Source: an uncultured archaeon (GTDB taxonomy: Archaea; Asgardarchaeota; Jordiarchaeia; Jordiarchaeales; Jordiarchaeaceae). From it: DNA of 10,698 nucleotides. Positions 6,755 to 10,698 of this stretch are shown here, piece after piece. The notes beneath the pieces are model-generated. The model ran no database searches, was not told where the DNA came from, and was given only the letters and a program-made list of their open reading frames with translations. Positions within the stretch are counted from its first letter, which is position 1; each line of letters begins with the position of its first letter. The position numbers were made by a program, and so were the translations under genes. The stretch is from assembly GCA_964510585.1 (NCBI GenBank), contig CAZECW010000016.1:1-10698 (forward strand), written 5' to 3'.

Positions 6755-7525
6755 TTGGGTAAAATGGGAGAAAGAAAACAGATCAAAAGAATATCTGCGC
6801 CAAAAATTTGGCCAATTCCCAGAAAGGAATATAAGTGGACTGTTAAACCTAGGCCTGGCCCACATGGCACTGAAGAGAGTTTACCACTTCTATTACTCAT
6901 ACGCGATATTCTAAAATATAGTTACACCACCCGTGAAACGAAACACATCCTCTCAGAGGGAAACGTTAAAGTCGATGGGGTGGTCAGAACCGACTACAAG
7001 TTTCCCGTGGGCTTAATGGATGTCGTCGAAATTTCAAAAGTAAACCAGTTTTATCGTATACTACCCATACCCAGAAAAGGGTTGAAACCCATACCCATCA
7101 AAAAAGAGGAAGCCTCCTATAAACTGTGCCAAATAAAAAATAAAGTGTCAGTAAAGGGGGGCCATCTGCAAATAAACTTACATGATGGAAGAAATATTTT
7201 ATTCCGAATCGAAGATCCTAAAATTTCCCCGAAGGAAATTGTTCCCTATAATACTAAAGATACGTTGAAGATATCTATCCCAAATCAAGAAATATTGGGG
7301 CATATTCCTTTCAAGGAGAATAACTTGGCTATAGTCATCGATGGCAAGAATATGGGGTTTTATGGTAAAATTAGGGAAATTATACCGCGTTTCGGGCCTC
7401 ACGCAAGTGTGGTTTCACTTGAAGCTCCTGACGGTACCATCTTCGAAACCGCTTTGGAGTACGTCTTTCCCATAGGACAAAACGAACCTGAAATCCAACT
7501 TGAGGAAAAAGTATTGGAGAGTTGA
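6755..7525 (+). CDS. rps4e: 30S ribosomal protein eS4 (S4e)
   Basis: KRISAPKIW...KWTVKPRPGPH, VKVDGVVRTDYKFPVGLMDV, QINLHDGRNIL. Confidence 0.97.
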   Translation: MGKMGERKQIKRISAPKIWPIPRKEYKWTVKPRPGPHGTEESLPLLLLIRDILKYSYTTRETKHILSEGNVKVDGVVRTDYKFPVGLMDVVEISKVNQFYRILPIPRKGLKPIPIKKEEASYKLCQIKNKVSVKGGHLQINLHDGRNILFRIEDPKISPKEIVPYNTKDTLKISIPNQEILGHIPFKENNLAIVIDGKNMGFYGKIREIIPRFGPHASVVSLEAPDGTIFETALEYVFPIGQNEPEIQLEEKVLES

Positions 7526-7529
7526 TTCT

Positions 7530-8099
7530 TTGAGTAGCGAGTCAATCGATAAAGAATACTATCTAAATTATTGGAATGAAAACCCTATGAGAAGACCCCG
7601 AATTGAGAAAGTAGTGGTCAATTTCGGCGTCGGTGCAAGCGGGGAAAAACTAGTGAAGGCCATGAATGTATTGGAAAGCTTAACTGGGCAGAAACCGGTT
7701 CAAGGCATTTCTAAGAGGACTATTCGTGACTGGGGGATAAGGAAGGGGGAACCCATATCTTGTAAAGTGACTCTTAGAGGAGAAAAGGCTCACGACTTTT
7801 TAAGAAGAGCTTTAGAGGTTGTTGAAATGCGGCTTGACCCCGATTCAATAGATGAGCGTGGAAATTTCTCGTTTGGGATTCGGGAACACATAGAGATTCC
7901 AGGGGTTCGTTATGATCCGCAACTAGGTATTTTTGGTATGGATGTCTGTGTCACAATGGAGCGCCCCGGGTATAGAATCAGGAGGAGAAGAAAGGCGCGT
8001 AAAAGTATACCCCGTTCGCATCAAATTACAAAAGAAGAAACAATAGTTTTTATGGAAGAGGAGTTTGGTGTGTCATTTAAAAAAGAAGTAGAGGAGTGA
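7530..8099 (+). CDS. rpl5: 50S ribosomal protein uL5 (start placed at TTG 7530 rather than 7500)
   Basis: [47 protein letters not shown]; GGAGAG RBS-like element at 7516-7521. Confidence 0.95.
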   Translation: MSSESIDKEYYLNYWNENPMRRPRIEKVVVNFGVGASGEKLVKAMNVLESLTGQKPVQGISKRTIRDWGIRKGEPISCKVTLRGEKAHDFLRRALEVVEMRLDPDSIDERGNFSFGIREHIEIPGVRYDPQLGIFGMDVCVTMERPGYRIRRRRKARKSIPRSHQITKEETIVFMEEEFGVSFKKEVEE

Positions 8100-8109
8100 C
8101 AATCACTAT

Positions 8110-8256
8110 ATGTCAAAGAAAAAATTTGGTAAAGGTAGCCGAAGTTGTAAGGTTTGTGGTACCCATAGGGCAGTTATAAGACGCTATAACTTGTACATCT
8201 GCAGAAGATGTTTCAGAGAGAAGGCGGCGAAAATTGGTTTCAAGAAATATAATTAA
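8110..8256 (+). CDS. rps14: 30S ribosomal protein uS14, zinc-binding type (48 aa; absent from the ORF track)
   Basis: [48 protein letters not shown], with two CxxC motifs, between rpl5 and rps8. Confidence 0.96.
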   Translation: MSKKKFGKGSRSCKVCGTHRAVIRRYNLYICRRCFREKAAKIGFKKYN

Positions 8257-8273
8257 ATATTGAGGTGGGAATC

Positions 8274-8666
8274 TTGGCTAGGAATGATCCACTTGCTGAC
8301 GCCCTCTGCAGTATAAATAACAGTGAGAATGTGGGTAAGAGAGAAGTAATTATTAATATCGCTTCTAAACTTATTGGGAATATCCTTAGAGTGATGCAAA
8401 AGCATGGATACATAGGGGAGTTTGAATACATAGACGATGGGCGTGCAGGTAAATTTAGAGTGCAATTGCTTGGAAGAATAAACAAGTGTGGAGTAATAAA
8501 ACCGCGATATCCTGTTAAAAACAAAAACTTCGAAGAAGTTGAGAAACAGTATCTACCCGCCCCAGACTTCGGGGTATTGATAGTTTCAACTCCCTATGGT
8601 GTGATATCTCATCACGAGGCAAAAGCTAAAAAAACAGGCGGTAGACTAATAGCGTACGTGTATTAG
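8274..8666 (+). CDS. rps8: 30S ribosomal protein uS8 (start placed at TTG 8274)
   Basis: [45 protein letters not shown]; GAGGTG RBS at 8262-8267. Confidence 0.96.
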   Translation: MARNDPLADALCSINNSENVGKREVIINIASKLIGNILRVMQKHGYIGEFEYIDDGRAGKFRVQLLGRINKCGVIKPRYPVKNKNFEEVEKQYLPAPDFGVLIVSTPYGVISHHEAKAKKTGGRLIAYVY

Positions 8667-8880
8667 AGAGAAAATCAAGTGTAGGGTTATTTGGTTTTTG
8701 AATCCCTTTCTAGAAAAATTTATACAGGATAACTTTTTCATAATGAACAATCAATATGGAAAAGGGTTAAGTTGTTTTTATGCTCCCTTTAGCTTGTTCT
8801 TTCTTTCACATCATAGATGGCAGTTTTCCCTGATGTTTTAGTAATAATTGAGATAGTAAACAGTGTGACAACTTTTTGAA

Positions 8881-9456
8881 TTAAAGTATTTTCCACAGAA
8901 GCTCGTCGCCAAGATATTTTCTGTACACGTAGATACCGTCACCGAAAACCCTAGGATCCTTTTTCTTGATTTTGGTTGCTTTTTGAATTCTAGCCGCAGC
9001 TTGACCCACCTTTTCTTTGTCTACGCTTTCTAGAATAACATTGTCTCCCTTAATTTGGACATCTACTCCTGAGGGGATCTCTGCTTTTCGGGCGCTTCTT
9101 TCACCTAAAAAGTTTTTTATGAGCAGTATCTTTTTAGCTGGGTCGTACTCTACGGATATTGGGAAGTGGGCATATACGATTTTCATTTCGTACCTAAATT
9201 TGCGTGTAACCCCCTCTATCATATTTGTTATGTGGCTCTTTAATGTGCCAAGTAGTGACAATTTCTTCTTGTCTGGGTAGTACGTGTCCAAAATAATCCT
9301 ATTATTCGTTTTAGAAATTCTGATATTTTTGGCATGTGAAAAATCTTTGCTAAGAGAACCCAATGGACCACTTACATCCACAACCATGCCTTTTACTTCG
9401 ACTTGAACGTTATCCGGAATTTTTACTTCCAGCTTTGAGTAAGCCGTTTTGGCCAT
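8881..9456 (-). CDS. rpl6: 50S ribosomal protein uL6, convergent with rps8
   Basis: SGPLGSLSKDF, YAHFPISV, NFLGERSAR, VGQAAARIQKATKIKKKDPRVFGDGIYV. Confidence 0.96.
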   Translation of the reverse strand: MAKTAYSKLEVKIPDNVQVEVKGMVVDVSGPLGSLSKDFSHAKNIRISKTNNRIILDTYYPDKKKLSLLGTLKSHITNMIEGVTRKFRYEMKIVYAHFPISVEYDPAKKILLIKNFLGERSARKAEIPSGVDVQIKGDNVILESVDKEKVGQAAARIQKATKIKKKDPRVFGDGIYVYRKYLGDELLWKIL

Positions 9457-9720
9457 ATTTTTTCCTTCCTTGGATTTTTATGGAAATCATCTGTGATGAT
9501 TTTCCTATTATTAACCCAATTGTTGGTTCCTGGCTTTAAGACCGCCGAGTAATTGTAATAATAGACAAAAAGCCTACAACGTTTAAATTAATATTTGTTA
9601 CGGATAATAAAAGACATTTAAAGTATGGGCTCCTTAGGTTTTCAATAAAAACTTGCATATAGACTTCATTAGAAGTTGACCTTCGAATTTACAGTATTTA
9701 GTATTTGTTTAAGATTGATG

Positions 9721-10314
9721 TTACTTAACTATTCTTTCACTCCACTCCTCAGCCATTCTAATAAGCTCATTTGTTGCGCTTCGATCTAGTTTGGCGCTCC
9801 CCTTACCCCTTAATTGTTTTGCAATCTTCGTCATTTCATAAAAGGCAGGATTGGAAGGATAACGGGCTTGCAGTGTATCTCTCACCTCTTCTAGTTTGCT
9901 TGCAATGTCTGCCGCAGTTGATCTTTTCTCTAAGGCTTCAATCAGGGGTGAGAACGCGCTTGCAGGGCCTCTCAACCCCGCTCTTGCGTGAACGACAGCG
10001 GGTGATGCTACATCTTGCTCAGCTGGAGCTGCGAAGGCTGGCGAAGTAGCTGCAACTCCTGCTGGTATAGATTGAATGGCCTCCTTCAAACTCTTTAGGT
10101 CTTCTTGTAAGAGACTTCGTAATTGCTGTGGGACTGCGGCTTGTAGGTTTTGGATGCTTGTTTGTATAGCTTGTATGTTTGCTTGAATACTTGAAATATT
10201 ATTTTTAACTTCGTTGAAAACAGAGGCTACAACTTTTGCAAAATCATCCATTATACTTTTGAGTGCAGACAGTTCTTCGTAAATTCTCAAGGTATTAACC
10301 TTTTCTTCTCCCAT
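9721..10314 (-). CDS. Hypothetical protein: N-terminal coiled coil, Ala/Pro linker, C-terminal helical domain
   Basis: 197-aa ORF with GGAGG RBS (complement of 10323-10327); heptad-like ISSIQANIQAIQTSIQNLQ segment; no family recognised. Confidence 0.85.
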   Translation of the reverse strand: MGEEKVNTLRIYEELSALKSIMDDFAKVVASVFNEVKNNISSIQANIQAIQTSIQNLQAAVPQQLRSLLQEDLKSLKEAIQSIPAGVAATSPAFAAPAEQDVASPAVVHARAGLRGPASAFSPLIEALEKRSTAADIASKLEEVRDTLQARYPSNPAFYEMTKIAKQLRGKGSAKLDRSATNELIRMAEEWSERIVK

Positions 10315-10343
10315 GACCGGGCCTCCTAAACTTAGGATATACT

Positions 10344-10415
10344 CTCTTCAATAAATTCCATTAGGTAAATGGTCTAAACTCCTTTTTCAGGTTTCCTAAT
10401 GGACTTTGGAAAGAG
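10344..10415 (-). promoter_or_regulatory. Long imperfect hairpin in the predicted 5' leader of the 9721-10314 gene
   Basis: TCCATTAGG(10357-10365)/CCTAATGGA(10395-10403), extendable by AAA/TTT inside and CTCTT(10344-10348)/AAGAG(10411-10415) outside; TATA-like TATATAAA at 10444-10451. Confidence 0.4.
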
Positions 10416-10574
10416 TAATTTGCTTTATTTATTGATTTCGAAGTATATAAATTGTGTATTTCAGTAACACAGTGTGAGTACTTGAATTGCATATTATCCA
10501 CATTTGTGGTGAGAAATCGACAGGGGGAACTGTCTCATATCTGATAAGGCTTATGGGAGACACTATGTTCCTCG

Positions 10575-10698
10575 TTAGTGAATGGGGGTGATTAGGGTTA
10601 TGCGGTCTAGTCTGAAGGTTCGCTTCCTGTTCTTCAGGTAGCAGTAGGCTTCAACGTACTGTTCCCTACGTCTTCTGCCGAATCTGTGGATTTTGAGA
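10575..10698 (-). CDS. C-terminal end of a WYL-domain protein (partial; absent from the ORF track)
   Basis: Frame from 10697 downward reads LKIHRFGRRRREQYVEAYCYLKNRKRTFRLDRITLITPIH*. YVEAYC...RTFRLDRI matches the WYL-domain R-x-F-R-L-D-R-I signature. Confidence 0.8.
   Translation of the reverse strand, partial: LKIHRFGRRRREQYVEAYCYLKNRKRTFRLDRITLITPIH

Noticed and set aside
9493-9549. C/D box sRNA (GTGATGA box C)
   Set aside because: No properly placed CTGA box D or terminal stem; only a CCGA variant.
393-10049. Antisense or overlapping ORFs from the track (393-653, 1528-1722, 1744-1929, 1943-2125, 2487-2738, 2539-2802, 4907-5269, 5559-5804, 5843-6115, 6401-6586, 6718-6900, 7199-7402, 8240-8524, 8253-8465, 9017-9280, 9771-10049)
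   Set aside because: Most are shadows of well-supported genes on the other strand or frame; the rest are low-complexity with no RBS or motif.
1-10698. GC-skew switch near the repeat array suggesting an origin or terminus
   Set aside because: The left side is G-rich on + (481-540: 29 G, 5 C) and part of rps4e is C-rich (7081-7140: 8 G, 14 C), but rps3 and the far right end are G-rich again. There is no clean switch, and a window this short is not informative.

Overview
Archaeal (TACK/Asgard-like) genomic window. Left part: a partial minus-strand gene; a tRNA-Pro(UGG) split by two non-canonical bulge-helix-bulge (BHB) introns; a free-standing B3/B4 (PheRS-beta editing-like) protein; an iron-sulfur flavoprotein; a small Cys-rich gene; and an SmAP3-type Lsm gene. 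A ~240-bp array of 55-bp dyad-rich tandem repeats then precedes a ribosomal protein operon (rpl22-rps3-rpl29-rnp1-rps17-rpl14-rpl24-rps4e-rpl5-rps14-rps8). This is followed by an oppositely oriented, isolated rpl6, a coiled-coil hypothetical gene and the tail of a WYL-domain gene. The most notable observation is that the Cys-rich gene at 2094-2445 looks broken (stop codon plus frameshift) but is exactly repaired by removing a 25-nt segment (2275-2299) that folds as a BHB splice site. This is a candidate tRNA-endonuclease-type intron in a protein-coding mRNA other than cbf5. All structures were paired by eye; no folding or database search was run.
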